From positions 1 through 64,000 of the IMG/VR virus record IMGVR_UViG_3300000301_000012: a DNA stretch of 64,000 nt; one strand, 5' to 3'. The stretch is from a virus. Every line of letters starts with the position of its first letter. The stretch's first letter is position 1. The position numbers and the translations under genes were made by a program. The notes beneath the pieces are model-generated. The model made no database searches. It had not been told where the DNA came from and saw nothing but the letters and a program-made list of their open reading frames with translations. Below, piece by piece: positions 46,061 to 58,000 of this stretch.

Positions 46061-47974
46061 ATGAATATAAATATTCGTTTAAATAAGAATTTTACAACTC
46101 AATTTAATAAACTTCAAGAAAAATATGGTGAAGAATTTGCTAAATTACAAGGGCTTTCCGATGATAAATTGAGTTTAACAGATTTTATTAATGGCTTTGT
46201 AGATAGTGATAATGTAGCCAATAGTTCTATTGATGCTAATTCAAATATTGGACAAAAAGATGTTGTTACGCTTATTAGTGAAATGAGTAAGCCTCATAAG
46301 AAGTTATTAGCTTTTAATAAAATTTACTATGAATTAAATAAGAAATATAGCTTTAAAGAAGCTAATAAAATTATTGAAGAATTATGGAATTATAGTTCAT
46401 ACCTTCATGATTTTGATACTTCCACTTTTTATAGTTATTGCTTTGCTTATGATATAAAAGATATTGTAGAACAAGGCCTTTTCTTTATTGAAGGATACAA
46501 TGCAGAACCTCCAAAGCACTTAGATTCTTTTATTCAAATTCTATTAGAAGCTGTATCTTATTTAAGCCGTAGACAAAGTGGCGCAGTTGGATTACCAAAT
46601 CTAATTCCCTATATGTGGTATTTTTGGCATAAAGATGTAGAAGAAGGATATTATACTAAAACTCCTGAAAAATATCGTGACCAACAAATTCAGGCTCTTA
46701 TTTATAGATTGAACCAGCCTTGGATGCGCGCGGACCAATGCGCTTTTACAAACGTTTCTGTTTTTGACCATCCTTATTTTGAAGCTATTTTCGGTGGCGC
46801 GGTTCTTCCAGATGGTAGTTTTATGATTGATTATGAAGAAGAAATTATTCAATTTCAGAAAGATTTTATTAATATTGTTAATAAAATTAGAAAGGATAAT
46901 GTTTTTACTTTCCCTGTTTTAACTGCTTCTCTATTGTACCAAAATGAAAAATTTGTAGATGAAGATTTCGCAAAATGGGCATGTGAAGCTTCAAGAGAAT
47001 GGAATATTTTCAATTTCTTTACTGATTCAAGTGTAAACAGTCTATCTAATTGCTGCCGCCTAAAAAGTAATATTGAAGATTTAGGCTATTTTAATAGTAT
47101 TGGTGGTACAGCTTTAAAAGTTGGTTCAGTTAAAGTTTGTACTCTTAATCTTGCGCGCCTTGCTTATAAGAATCAAGATGAAAAGAGTTATTTAGTTGAA
47201 TTAAAGGATTTAACGGAAGATTGTTTGAAAATATTAGATGTAGTTCGTAGTATTATTAAAAGAAATGTAGAGAAAGGATTGCTTCCTAATTTTACTTATG
47301 GGCTAATTGATTTTGAGCATCTTTATAATACTGTTGGAATCAATGGTATTTATGAAACAATGAAAACTTTTGGATATACTTATAAAGATGAATTTGGGAA
47401 TACTTTCTATAAAGATGAGGCTTATGATTTTGGCAAAAAGATTTTTAAAGTAATTCAAAATACTATTGATAATTTTGCTTTAGATAAAGATTATAAAATC
47501 AATATTGAACAAGTCCCTGCTGAACAGGCTGCGGTAAAATTAATTGAAAGTGATAAACTTCTTTATGGTGATAAAGTAGTTTTAGATTTACCTCTTTACG
47601 GTAATCAATGGATTCCTCTTGGTATTCAAGCAACTATGAAAGAGCGGACCAAAATTTGTGCTGCATTTGATAGTTATTGTAATGGCGGTTCGATTGAACA
47701 TATAAATATTGAGGGGACATTTAGTAATTTTGAACAAGCTTGGGATATGCTTAACTGGGTTGCTCAACAAGGAGTTACTTATTTTGCCTTTAATAGTAAA
47801 GTTTCTCAATGTAAAAATTACCATAGTTTTTATGGTGACGTTTGTCCTGAGTGTCATGAACCCAAAGAATTTGAATATACTAGAACAGTAGGGTTCTATA
47901 CTAGAACGGCTACTTGGTCAAAAGAACGTAAAAATGAATTTCAGTTAAGAAAGTGGGAAAAAATAAATGAATAA
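46061..47974 (+). CDS. nrdD: anaerobic ribonucleoside-triphosphate reductase
   Basis: Class III RNR length and order. The C-terminus has a Cys cluster (CKNYH...CPECH) followed by a glycyl-radical-type segment (TRTVGFYT). Confidence 0.85.
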   Translation: MNINIRLNKNFTTQFNKLQEKYGEEFAKLQGLSDDKLSLTDFINGFVDSDNVANSSIDANSNIGQKDVVTLISEMSKPHKKLLAFNKIYYELNKKYSFKEANKIIEELWNYSSYLHDFDTSTFYSYCFAYDIKDIVEQGLFFIEGYNAEPPKHLDSFIQILLEAVSYLSRRQSGAVGLPNLIPYMWYFWHKDVEEGYYTKTPEKYRDQQIQALIYRLNQPWMRADQCAFTNVSVFDHPYFEAIFGGAVLPDGSFMIDYEEEIIQFQKDFINIVNKIRKDNVFTFPVLTASLLYQNEKFVDEDFAKWACEASREWNIFNFFTDSSVNSLSNCCRLKSNIEDLGYFNSIGGTALKVGSVKVCTLNLARLAYKNQDEKSYLVELKDLTEDCLKILDVVRSIIKRNVEKGLLPNFTYGLIDFEHLYNTVGINGIYETMKTFGYTYKDEFGNTFYKDEAYDFGKKIFKVIQNTIDNFALDKDYKINIEQVPAEQAAVKLIESDKLLYGDKVVLDLPLYGNQWIPLGIQATMKERTKICAAFDSYCNGGSIEHINIEGTFSNFEQAWDMLNWVAQQGVTYFAFNSKVSQCKNYHSFYGDVCPECHEPKEFEYTRTVGFYTRTATWSKERKNEFQLRKWEKINE

Positions 47975-48176
47975 TATTGATATTACCTCTAAAAAACAAA
48001 TCAATAAAATGTTAAAGTCTTTAAAAGAAATTGGAGAAGATGAACCTATTTCTTTTGAATATGTTATGACAGCATTATTTCCTACTGTATTTTTTAATAT
48101 ACAAGAAAAAATGAAAGAACAATATACTAAAGGTTATATTCAAGGATTACAAGAAGGAGGTAATAATGAAAGTTAA
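47967..48176 (+). CDS. hypothetical protein
   Basis: 69-aa ORF that overlaps both neighbouring genes. Confidence 0.45.
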   Translation: MNNIDITSKKQINKMLKSLKEIGEDEPISFEYVMTALFPTVFFNIQEKMKEQYTKGYIQGLQEGGNNES

Positions 48177-48639
48177 AGGAATAGTTTTTGAGGATTTTTT
48201 AAACTATAAGAAGCCTTCTTTATTTATTATTTTCCCTTATTGTAATTTTAAATGTGATAAAGATTGCGGTTTAAAAGTATGTCAAAATAGTTCTTTGGCT
48301 AAAGAAAAAGAAATTGAATATAGTATTGATAAAATTGTTAATAACTATATTGAAAATGATATAACTAAAGCTATTGTATGTGGTGGGCTTGAGCCTATGG
48401 ATTCTTTCGATGATTTAAAAGAATTAGTGGGCGCGCTGCGTATAAAAACTAATGATGATATTGTAATTTATACTGGATACAGAGAAGAAGAAATAGAGGA
48501 TAAAGCAAATGATTTAAAACAATTTGCTAATATTATAATTAAGTTTGGAAGATATATTCCTAATGACAAAGAATATTATAATGATATTTTAGGAATTAAT
48601 CTTGCTAGTAGAAATCAATATGCAAAAAAAATCAGTTAA
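48166..48639 (+). CDS. nrdG: anaerobic RNR activating protein (radical SAM)
   Basis: The translation has a CNFKCDKDC (CxxxCxxC) cluster. The gene lies adjacent to nrdD. Confidence 0.8.
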   Translation: MKVKGIVFEDFLNYKKPSLFIIFPYCNFKCDKDCGLKVCQNSSLAKEKEIEYSIDKIVNNYIENDITKAIVCGGLEPMDSFDDLKELVGALRIKTNDDIVIYTGYREEEIEDKANDLKQFANIIIKFGRYIPNDKEYYNDILGINLASRNQYAKKIS

Positions 48640-48648
48640 GGTGATTGA

Positions 48649-48834
48649 ATGAAAATTCGTTCAAATCCAAATAAAGAACTTGTAAAAGAAATAAGAGAGA
48701 AACTAAAAGAAAACGATGGATACTGTCCTTGTAAAATAGTCAAGAATGAAGATACAAAGTGTATCTGCAAAGAATTTATTGAACAAGGATTAGGTCCATG
48801 TCATTGCGGTTTGTATATTAAAGAGGAAATTTGA
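48649..48834 (+). CDS. small Cys-rich protein, ferredoxin-thioredoxin-reductase catalytic-chain-like
   Basis: The translation has CPCK...CICKEF...GPCHCGLY, which follows the CPC...C.C...CHC pattern. Confidence 0.45.
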   Translation: MKIRSNPNKELVKEIREKLKENDGYCPCKIVKNEDTKCICKEFIEQGLGPCHCGLYIKEEI

Positions 48835-48851
48835 TTTCCTCTTTATTTTTT
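48822..48851 (+). terminator. rho-independent terminator
   Basis: Stem AGAGGAAAT/ATTTCCTCT is followed by TTATTTTTT. Confidence 0.65.
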
Positions 48852-48891
48852 AGTATAATATATATAGAAAATAGAGAGGAGAAATAAATTA

Positions 48892-49158
48892 ATGAAAAAC
48901 AATAATATTAAAAATTATACTAACAATAAAAATTATGAATATGGTTGTTTAATATTTTTAGTAGCATTAGTTGTACTTCTTTTATTTGGATTTATTTATA
49001 GCGCAATTATTATGTGGATTTGGAACGCAGTTATTGTTGTGCTCTTTGGTTTGCCTTTTATTTCTTACTGGCAAGCTTTTGGACTTTACATTTTATGTAA
49101 TATTTTATTTAAAAATACTACAAATGTAAGGAGTGAAGATTTTTATGATAAAAATTGA
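48892..49158 (+). CDS. small membrane protein
   Basis: 88 aa with two long hydrophobic segments. Confidence 0.55.
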   Translation: MKNNNIKNYTNNKNYEYGCLIFLVALVVLLLFGFIYSAIIMWIWNAVIVVLFGLPFISYWQAFGLYILCNILFKNTTNVRSEDFYDKN

Positions 49159-49840
49159 AAATTATGATGTTGTGGGCTGGGAACATGCAATTCGTGGGAT
49201 GCGGAATCCGATGAACTCTTGGGAGAAGAGTGATAGTTTTGAATTCCCTCCTGATGAAGATGGCGTACCAGATATTGGCCCAAATGATTATAAATTAATG
49301 AAAAGTCTTCGAGAAAGTGGGACTGACCATCGTAAGTTTATGAGAATGATTACGGTATATCTTGACATTGTTAGTCCTTTATATTTTCTCAAAGAGCTCG
49401 ATACATATAAAGTTGGAACTGTGGCAAACTCTTGCTCGACGATGCATAAAATTGCGGAGAAGGAATTTACTCTGGAGGATTTCTCACACGAGAAATTGAT
49501 GAGTGTCTACAATGATGATCCGTGTGACGCTCTATTTCTCGATGGGACAAATATCAGAGTTGATGGGGACGATTTGTTAGGGTTGACAATAAATGTTCTT
49601 AATTACTATCGAACACGCTACCTCAAAACCAAAGACAAGAAATACTGGTGGCAAATGATTCAACTCCTTCCTAGTTCCTACAATCAGAGACGGACGGTTA
49701 TGTTAAATTATGAAGTTTTAGCTAATATGTATAAATCTCGAAAAGACCACAAACTTGACGAATGGAGAGATTTTTGTAAGTGGATTAAAACTCTCCCTTA
49801 TAGTGAATTAATTACAGGAGAATATGATAATGGGTATTGA
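49133..49840 (+). CDS. ThyX-like protein (flavin-dependent thymidylate synthase fold, signature motif divergent)
   Basis: The translation RESGTDHRKFMRMITVYLDIVSPLYFLKELDTYKVGTVANSCSTMH aligns by eye with the ThyX core, but TYK...S.S replaces RHR..S....S.R. Confidence 0.45.
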   Translation: MKIFMIKIENYDVVGWEHAIRGMRNPMNSWEKSDSFEFPPDEDGVPDIGPNDYKLMKSLRESGTDHRKFMRMITVYLDIVSPLYFLKELDTYKVGTVANSCSTMHKIAEKEFTLEDFSHEKLMSVYNDDPCDALFLDGTNIRVDGDDLLGLTINVLNYYRTRYLKTKDKKYWWQMIQLLPSSYNQRRTVMLNYEVLANMYKSRKDHKLDEWRDFCKWIKTLPYSELITGEYDNGY

Positions 49841-50684
49841 TAATATTAAAAATATTAACGAAAATCAACAGAATGCTATTGATACATTTGCCCAAATTCT
49901 GGCGCTTCCCGATGAAGAATTTAAAACTTTCTCCCAGCTTTTTCTTGATACTCTTGAAAAAGAATTGACCGACCCCAAGAATATTTCTACTATACAAATT
50001 ATTTTTAAAAATTCTGGGATAGATGTTGAAAATTTTGTAGATAGCGCTGATGATTTATGTGAATCTCTTAAAGAAAAATATGGTAAAGATTTAGGAGAAG
50101 ATAGAATTGATTTCCTTGTAAAGATGGTTATTCTATTTAAAAACGCAGTTCGCGCGAATGGTAATCTTGGAAAGAAAATTGTAATGATTCAAGTAGAAAA
50201 ATGTTCGGAAGATACAAAAATTCCCACCTACGCGAGAGTTGGTGATGCTGGAATGGATATTTACTCTACAGAAGAAGTTACTTTGGCGCCAGGTGAGAAG
50301 AAATTAATTGGAACAGGTATTAAAGTTGCTATTCCTGAAGGATATGAAATTGAAGTAGTTCCTAAAAGTGGTATCGCATTAAGAACTGGTTTAAAAGTTT
50401 CTAATAGTCCTGGTACTATTGATAGTGGATATAGAGATGAAATTAAAGTAATTGTTGAAAACTCAGAGCCTTCAATTAAGGATATTGAATATACTTTTGA
50501 TGATAATAGAAATCCTGTAATTAAAAGCATCCTTCATGGAAAATCTTATACTATTGAAAAAGGTCAAAAAATTGCACAGATTATTCTAAAAGAAGTTCCT
50601 ATGATTAACTTCCAAGAAGTTAAAAATATTAGTGAAATTTCGGGCGACCGAGGTGGAGGCTTTGGCTCAACTGGGCTTAAGTAA
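49824..50684 (+). CDS. dut: dUTPase with N-terminal extension
   Basis: The translation has ARVGDAGMDIYS, GTIDSGYRDEI and C-terminal RGGGFGSTG motifs. Confidence 0.85.
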   Translation: MIMGIDNIKNINENQQNAIDTFAQILALPDEEFKTFSQLFLDTLEKELTDPKNISTIQIIFKNSGIDVENFVDSADDLCESLKEKYGKDLGEDRIDFLVKMVILFKNAVRANGNLGKKIVMIQVEKCSEDTKIPTYARVGDAGMDIYSTEEVTLAPGEKKLIGTGIKVAIPEGYEIEVVPKSGIALRTGLKVSNSPGTIDSGYRDEIKVIVENSEPSIKDIEYTFDDNRNPVIKSILHGKSYTIEKGQKIAQIILKEVPMINFQEVKNISEISGDRGGGFGSTGLK

Positions 50685-50686
50685 AA

Positions 50687-51421
50687 ATGTCTAAAATAAA
50701 AATAGAAGATATAAGAAAGGAACTTCAAGATGATGGATGGAAATTAATTTCTGATACTTATGAAAATTTAGATAGTGAAATGATTTTTTAGTGTCCAGAA
50801 GGACATACAGTATATAGCTCATGGAAAAAATTAAGAACAAAAAAAGAATGTCCTATTTGCAAAGCTAATAATTTTAAAGTCTTAGATTCAAAAGTAATCT
50901 CTAAATCAAAAGGAGTAAAGAGAGTTTTAGCTTTAGATTAGGCGACTCATATTACAGGCTGGGCTATTTTTGATAATCAGAAATTAATTAAATATGGAAA
51001 GTTTAGAACGGATTATTCTAAAGAAGAAGAACGTACCAATACAATAAAACATTGGTTAATTAATATGATTACTACTTGGAATCCTGATGAAGTAGGAATT
51101 GAAGATATACATTTTCAATAGAAAACCGCACAAGGCGCGCCAGTTGGCTTAATGACTTATAAAACTTTAGCTCATTTATAGGGAGTTATTATAGATACAT
51201 TATTTGAGATGAAACAATCTTTTACAATTTGTTCTCCATCTACTTGGCGCGAGCATTGTAAGGTTAAAGGTAAAACTAGCCCAGATAAAAAACGCTCAAT
51301 GCAATTAAAGGTTAAAGAATGGTTTGATATTAGTGTTACAAATGATGAGGCAGATGCAATAGGTATTGGGAAATATGTATCGGATAGCTTAAAAAAATGG
51401 GAAATAGTTAATTGGGAATAA
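50687..51421 (+). CDS. ruvC: RuvC-like Holliday junction resolvase with N-terminal zinc-ribbon extension (4 in-frame TAG)
   Basis: The translation has VLALD-TAG-ATHITGWAIF, GIEDIHFQ-TAG-K and NDEADAIGIG. Track ORF 51209-51421 is in the same frame as the ATG at 50687. Confidence 0.75.
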
Positions 51422-51425
51422 AATG

Positions 51426-51460
51426 AAAAAGAGTGGATAGATATTCTATCCACTCTTTTA
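51426..51460. terminator. bidirectional terminator at the convergence of early and late modules
   Basis: Stem GAGTGGATAG/CTATCCACTC with a 5-nt loop, flanked by an A-run and a T-run. Confidence 0.7.
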
Positions 51461-51461
51461 T

Positions 51462-51749
51462 TTACATTTTTTTCATTTTATTTTCTAAATCTTCGTACCA
51501 TTCTTCCAAACTATCTTTTAAAAATTCTCTTAAAGAATTATTTTCCATTGCTTTGTCAGCTTTGCTAATTTGTTCGAATAGCTGCATTGTCTATGGGAAA
51601 CTAACTGTTATTCTTTCTTTCGCCTAAGCAAATAAAAATTTAGAAACTTCAGGAGATGAATCTTGTAACTCTTTGGCCCAATCTAGCCACATACCAGCGT
51701 CTTTTAAATCATCCATCATTTTTTTATATAATGCTTTATATTTTAACAT
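51462..51749 (-). CDS. hypothetical protein (2 in-frame TAG)
   Basis: GGAGAA lies before the ATG at 51749 and the stop is TAA at 51464-51462. Not in the ORF track because of the TAG codons. Confidence 0.55.
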
Positions 51750-51762
51750 CTTATTTTCTCCA

Positions 51763-52179
51763 TTAACATAGTTTAGTTATAACAACATTAACATTAGAGA
51801 AAGTAGCTGGAACATCAGTATTAATTAAAGTTAAATTAACATTATTATCTATTGCACAACAAGAAGGTTTAACCTAAATTATAGTTGAAAAACTTAGGTT
51901 CTTAATATCGGTTAATGCGGTTGTAGATGCTGCTGTAGTAAGCGCACCAGGAACATTAACTCCATTTTGTTGCAGCTAAACAGTTATATTACCAACCGTA
52001 TCAGTTGCAGCGGCAATTCCATTAAAAGTAACAAAATAAAAACCTGGTTTATTTAGTGCAAAAGTAGCTGAGCCTGCGGCATGAGTAACAGTACATCCCG
52101 TCTATACGAAATTATTATTAAAAGTTAAAGCTTCATTTGTTAAAACTGCAAGACTAGTATTAGTATAACTATTTACCAT
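51763..52179 (-). CDS. hypothetical structural protein, BclA-C-terminal/C1q-like by eye (3 in-frame TAG)
   Basis: The frame was walked: TAG at 52102, 51976 and 51874, with TAA at 51765-51763. GGAGTGATGTAAA lies before the ATG. Confidence 0.55.
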
Positions 52180-52223
52180 TTTACATCACTCCTATGATAC
52201 GGATTTGTACTCTTTAAGAGTGA

Positions 52224-52901
52224 TTAGTTGCAGCAGCAACCATTATTATATCCATAGCCAGTATAAGCAGTAGTATAAGGGCTACAAGTAATGTAAGCAG
52301 GTTTTGCACATGGACGTAGTTCACTAATTAAAGTCTAAGTCTGAGCGTTGTTTTGAAGAGTTAATTGAGCAGATTGCAACTCAGTGCGTAAGTTCTCAAT
52401 CTTATCGTTAGTCATAAAGTCAATAATGCGTTGGAATCCTGCGTTCTAAGAATCGATAATATCTCTAGTATTCATATTGTTATTAGTAACAATATCACAA
52501 GTATTCTTAGCATTTTCATAACGAACTGCATCAATATTACGATTTGTTTCACAGCAACAGTTCTAAGTGGCAAAACGATTTTCAGCAATAGCGGAATTTA
52601 CTCCATTGAAACCTTGAAGAGCAGTTGTGTTTAAATCATAGAATCCACTACAAAGACCATTTTGAACACCCTGAATCTGCCTTTCAATGTTGTTCATTGT
52701 AAATCCATCGTACATTTCTGCTCTAGTAAGGGCACCATTCGCGCCAACTCCACCAAAGCCGCCGAAGCCGCCACCGAAAGCATTAAAAGCCCACATCCAT
52801 ACTAAATATACGAATGGATTATCCCACATTCCATCATTATAGCAATTTCTATTGTTATTTGTCAAAGCCAATACATCGGCTGCTGATAGGCCATTATCCA
52901 T
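52224..52901 (-). CDS. Gly/Cys-rich hypothetical protein (3 in-frame TAG)
   Basis: The track ORF 52563-52901 extends through TAG at 52563, 52446 and 52335 to TAA at 52226-52224 (checked). Confidence 0.65.
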
Positions 52902-52934
52902 TTTACAGGCCTCCTATTTTATTTATTTCTTCGT

Positions 52935-53216
52935 TTAAAACGAAGATTGTTTCAATTGTTCAATAAAGTTTAATCCCGATTGAATATCGTTCTCTGACAT
53001 ACCCTATTGTCGCGCTCTCTAAACCAATTGAGATAATATATTATCATCTATATTTGGTAAATACTAACGAAACTAATTCTAATTAATAGGCATATTCCCA
53101 CTTGGCATCATATTATTCATCATTTGCGCCATTGGATTTCTAGGCATAATACCCATTCCAGGGCCACCTTGGCTCATCATGTTCATCATCATCGAAAAAG
53201 GATTAGATGAGTTCAT
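52935..53216 (-). CDS. Met/Asn-rich hypothetical protein (5 in-frame TAG)
   Basis: ATG at 53216 and TAA at 52937-52935. The translation begins MNSSNPFSMMMNMMSQGGPG. The length is a multiple of 3. Confidence 0.5.
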
Positions 53217-53631
53217 TTATTTTTCCTCCACTATTACTCTTTTTCAATTCACTAATTTCATTCTCAAGATTATTTATTTTTTCTCTTTGTTTTTGAAATT
53301 CTGTAACTAATGCATTAAGGACATCTTGCTAATTACTCGAAGTTGAATTGGAATTTATATTTTGATTTGAATTTGAGTTATTATCATATGGAGTAATTTT
53401 ATATGCCATAAACATAGGATTTCCATTTTGCATTGATTTTAAATATAGAAGTCCTTCTGACAGACATAATGCTACTGATAATCCACCGCTCATAGGTACA
53501 TTTGCTACTTCTAAAGAGTTATTGATAGTGTAAACATTACCTTGTGGCTGAGGAAATAACTATTGTGGTTGATACTGTCCCATTGACTATGCCTATTGAT
53601 TATATGGAAATTGGTAGCTATTATTTGTCAC
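53203..53631 (-). CDS. Gln-rich hypothetical protein with C-terminal coiled coil (4 in-frame TAG)
   Basis: AAGGAGGTG lies 8 nt before the GTG at 53631. Three TAG codons fall inside the run YNQ-TAG-A-TAG-SMGQYQPQ-TAG-LFPQPQ. Confidence 0.55.
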
Positions 53632-53706
53632 TACTTTTCCACCTCCTTTTCGCTCCTATTAATAAGTAAACTATGAGAAATACTATTTTAATAATTTGGT
53701 GTAAAT

Positions 53707-54639
53707 TTATACATTAGTCTATCCTGAGATATAAAAATTTATATATCCTATAACTGAGTTTGCGGTAGATGGCCTAATTAAATACAAAGAAGGAGCATAA
53801 TCTATTCTGTAAGATGCTGTAGGATTTAACCATATCAATGCAGACTAATTGTTAGTTGAATAAAAACTTGCCTAAATATTCGGATATGTATTTCTTTGAA
53901 AAGAATAGGGGTAGCGATATTCTCTTTGACCAATGGGGGAATCAGAACGATACCAATTTTCCCCTAGTGTATAAGATACAGAAGTAGAAACATAAATAGA
54001 GGCCCATAATTCCATAAAACCATCAGACCATATGCGATAGGTCCATACTCCTGAGGTTCCTTCAATTGTTATATAACGATTTATCATATTTAATTTATCA
54101 TAAAGAAATGTAGTCATTAGTCCATCCTAAGAACTAGATACAGTCGGAATAGTATACCAAGTTCCCTAATTAGATGAATCTCTTCTTAGGTACTATCCAC
54201 TAGAACCTAAATTTGTAGGAGAATCCATTTTTTTATTTAAAGTATTATATAATTCAGTAGTCATTAGTCCATTCTAAGAACTAGATACAGTTGGAATAGT
54301 AACCCATGTTCCCTAATTATTTCCTGCTCTTTGCAGATACTATCCACTAGAACCTAAATTTGTAGGAGAATCCATTTTTTCATCTATAGATTCTTTTATT
54401 AAAGTTATTTCACTTTCTAAATTTTCTATATCAATTATTTTATGAGTATGTTCTTCTGGAGGAAAAGTTTCTGGTTTATTCTAAATATTTTCCCAAGAAG
54501 TATCATTTAACGAAACGATTTCTCCATTAATTTTAGTATATAATTTATTAGTAGTTTTATCTATGCCAGGTTCTAATTCTTCTAAATCATTAGATGTTGG
54601 TATTGTTTCTCCACTCTTTAAAATTATTTTATTAGCCAT
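53707..54639 (-). CDS. tail fibre tip-like protein, twin of 17052-17984 (10 in-frame TAG)
   Basis: The frame was walked codon by codon. TAG lies at 54481, 54340, 54313, 54274, 54193, 54166, 54127, 53872, 53845 and 53719, with TAA at 53709-53707. It has an internal duplicated MDSPTNLGSSG-TAG-YL segment. It is exactly 933 nt, the same length as 17052-17984. Confidence 0.8.
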
Positions 54640-55033
54640 CAGAAACCTCCAAAAATTTTAGAAGAGTTTCTAAATCTCCAAATTTTAAATTAACTTCATT
54701 CAATTTTTCAAAATCTTTGTTTTTAATTTTAATTTTTTCTATTTCAACTTCTGTATTATTTAATTCCATAATTGCTTTTTGACATTCTTCAATTTTATCT
54801 TTTATAATAATAAAACTACTCTAATCATTTGACATTTTTATTGTACCATCTTCATTTTTTTCACAATAAAGATTTAAAATTTTATTAAATTCTTCTTGCC
54901 AAAAATTATAATTAGTTTTATTTTTTTCATTTAATAAAGTTAAAGAATAGGCTAATTGAATAGGTATTACCTTTTCCTTTAAATTATTATATACTTCCTA
55001 AAAAACTAAACAATCCTATAAATTAATTTTCAT
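54632..55033 (-). CDS. hypothetical protein (3 in-frame TAG)
   Basis: GGAGGA lies before the ATG at 55033. TAG at 55016, 54998 and 54821; TAA at 54634-54632 (checked). Confidence 0.6.
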
Positions 55034-55096
55034 ATAAAAATCCTCCTTTTACTCCTTTATAATAATTATACCATAGCAATTGTTTTTATGTCAAAT

Positions 55097-58000
55097 TTAC
55101 CAATTGCCGCCAGAAATTATCGCACCATCAATAGTTCTGTTTTTTAAGTCTATTAAAATAGTTTGATTGTTATTTGTATCATAACCAATTAATGTTCCAT
55201 TTTTAACATTAATAACTATATTCATTGCTTCTCCGGCTTCATTAGTTCCAATAAATTTTATTTTATCTCTCATACCAAAATCAGAAACAATAAAAATTTC
55301 ATCTTCATCTTTACTAAAATTATTGGTATTTATACCTACATGATTTGCTCTATGAGATACGGTAGGCGCGTCAGCATAATAAGTATAAATTGATGAATAA
55401 GTAATATTTACACTTAATCCATTAAAATCTTCTAATTCATTAGTTCCTAACCCAGTAGACATAATTAAAACTAATCTTGAATAAAGTTTTTTATTTAGAA
55501 AATTTTCATTTAAAACATCTGTTGCAATTGTAATAGGCTATCCATTATTAGAACCAATAGATTCAAAGTCTGTATTGCTATCGTAATCTATAGAAGTTAT
55601 TCCATAGTTATTACTGGAAGTATTATTAAAATTACCATCTAAACAATACTCTAAAGAGATTCTAGCTTTTTTATTATAACTTTCACCATTTAAAGAAATT
55701 GTTCTTTCAAAATTAGGATACTAAGAATAAGTATAAATCTAACTATTTACAAAGCGCGAGCCGCCTAAATCTGAAATAATGTAAGTAAATTTTAATTTAT
55801 TATCAGTATTGTCTACTTTAGCATCAAAATCAATAGTAGCATTTTGAATACGACAGCCAATTAAATAAGTTTCTGAATATTTATATTCAGATAAATTTCC
55901 CTTACTATCTACCGCCGCAATTGCAAAAATTAAAAATTTGTTCATTGTATAAGAATTAACTGGATATAACATATTAACTTCATTATTATCAATATCTAAT
56001 TCTTCCAGGGAATAAGTTTTTAACATTTCAAAATTTCCAGTAGAATAATTAGCATCAAAAGCTATTGCAGGTTTTGTATCTAATCTTTTTACAAATAATC
56101 TATATCCAATTATATCTTCATTATAATCAGTTGCTTTATTAAATTTTAGAAAAACAGATTCTCCTGGATTAAACATTCTTTCATTGGCAATATTAAAATC
56201 TCCAGAAGTTGTTGTACTTACCATCTTTATTTTATTTGTTGTAGTCTAAGCATTATATTCTATACCTAAACTTATATATTCTCCAGTTACAAATTTAGGA
56301 GACTCAATAAATTTAATCTAAGTATTTTGACTACTGTTTATTGTAGATGTCATTCCAGAATTATCTCTAGCATAAATTCTATATCTAACATTTATAAAAT
56401 TCTAATTCCAAATAGTATCTTCTGGATTATCTTTTAAGGAATTATTTTTAAGCAAGGTATTTATATTATTAGCTTCTACTGTAAAAAATACTGTATCTCC
56501 TTCAGTTGAAGTAGGGTCTACATTAGTTAAAATTGGAATTGTTAATCCTTTTTGTTCTATATAAGCATCAATAGTATAAGTGATAGGATTATCACTAATT
56601 GCACGAACAGAAGAAAATACTAAATTTTGGGTATTAGTATAAGGACGAACAGTAACCATATTATCTTCTTCTGGACCTGTAACACTGAAAACTTCTGTAC
56701 TTAATTCAGGACCATATCCTCTATACAAAATATATTGACTATTAGTTGCGATTGTATCGCTAAATCGTCCTGCCGTATCTGTAACTCTAACGCCAAAACG
56801 ATAATACTGCCCTGGCGTAAAATTAGCCGTTACAGTCTAAGTATTAATTCCACCAGAAGTATTATTTCCATTAATCCCTGATAAAATTGTACTACCCCAT
56901 GAACTTCCATTTGAACTAGCCTAATAAATTACTTGAGTAGAAGTAATATTTGCATTACCACTTTGTATAACTGGATTGGTCCAAGTAATTTTTATACTAT
57001 TTGAAAAATATCCAGGAGCTAATCCTGACTCTGCTGCTTCAACAGAAGAAATTGTAGGAGCAGAGGGTTTGCTTGGAACTTGATATACCTCACTAGTATA
57101 TGTCCAATCAGAATTTCCGTAGTCATTGGTTAAATATGCTCGTGCTTTAATATAATTTCCAGCATAAGTATTACTGAAATTAGATGGAACTTCAATAGCA
57201 ACATATCCAGGAGAAACTTGTGGAACTGTAACTCGTCCAACTGTATAGGAATTTCCTCTATTGTTTAATATTGTAGAATAATTACTACTAAAAGTTAATT
57301 GTACATATGCACTTGTGGGATAATATTCTCCATTATTACTTCCGCTATTTAAATCTACAGTTACTAAATTTGGAATAATTAAAGAAGCATTTGTATTTCC
57401 CTAAATACCATCGACCTAAAGGCCAGTTAATTCTACCTCTGAAGGAGCATACGGAGGATAGGAATTTACAGTTATATATTTACTAACTGTACTACTATAA
57501 GCATAATAACCATTTTTATAATTATAGCAACGAAAAGTATAGTTTCCACTAGATTCTGGTTCATCAGTAACTGTAAAACTGGTTGTAGTATGCCAAGAGC
57601 TACTATCAGGTGTCTAATATTGCAAATAATCTGCGTTATAACCTATTGTAAAAGTAACAGACTAACCTTTAGTAATCTATTCTCTATTTACGCTAACAGA
57701 AGGCCTGCTAGGAGTAGTAGGTCTATTAGAATTTATTTTAAAATAAAAAGCTCTACTCAAATCAGAATGATACTAGGAAACATTAGCTCCACTTGAAACA
57801 GATGAACTTACCTATAACTAAGCTCTAACTGCTAAGTACTATCCTTCATGCCCAGACTCTAATGTTTTTGTAACTTCCGGCCAAGCCTAACCAAGTTTAC
57901 TATCCCAATTTCCCGTGGGAGTACTAGGAGTAGAAGAAGAAGATGAATTAACATACTTTAAAAAGAATTGATAACCAGATACTTCCAAATTCTATCCAGG

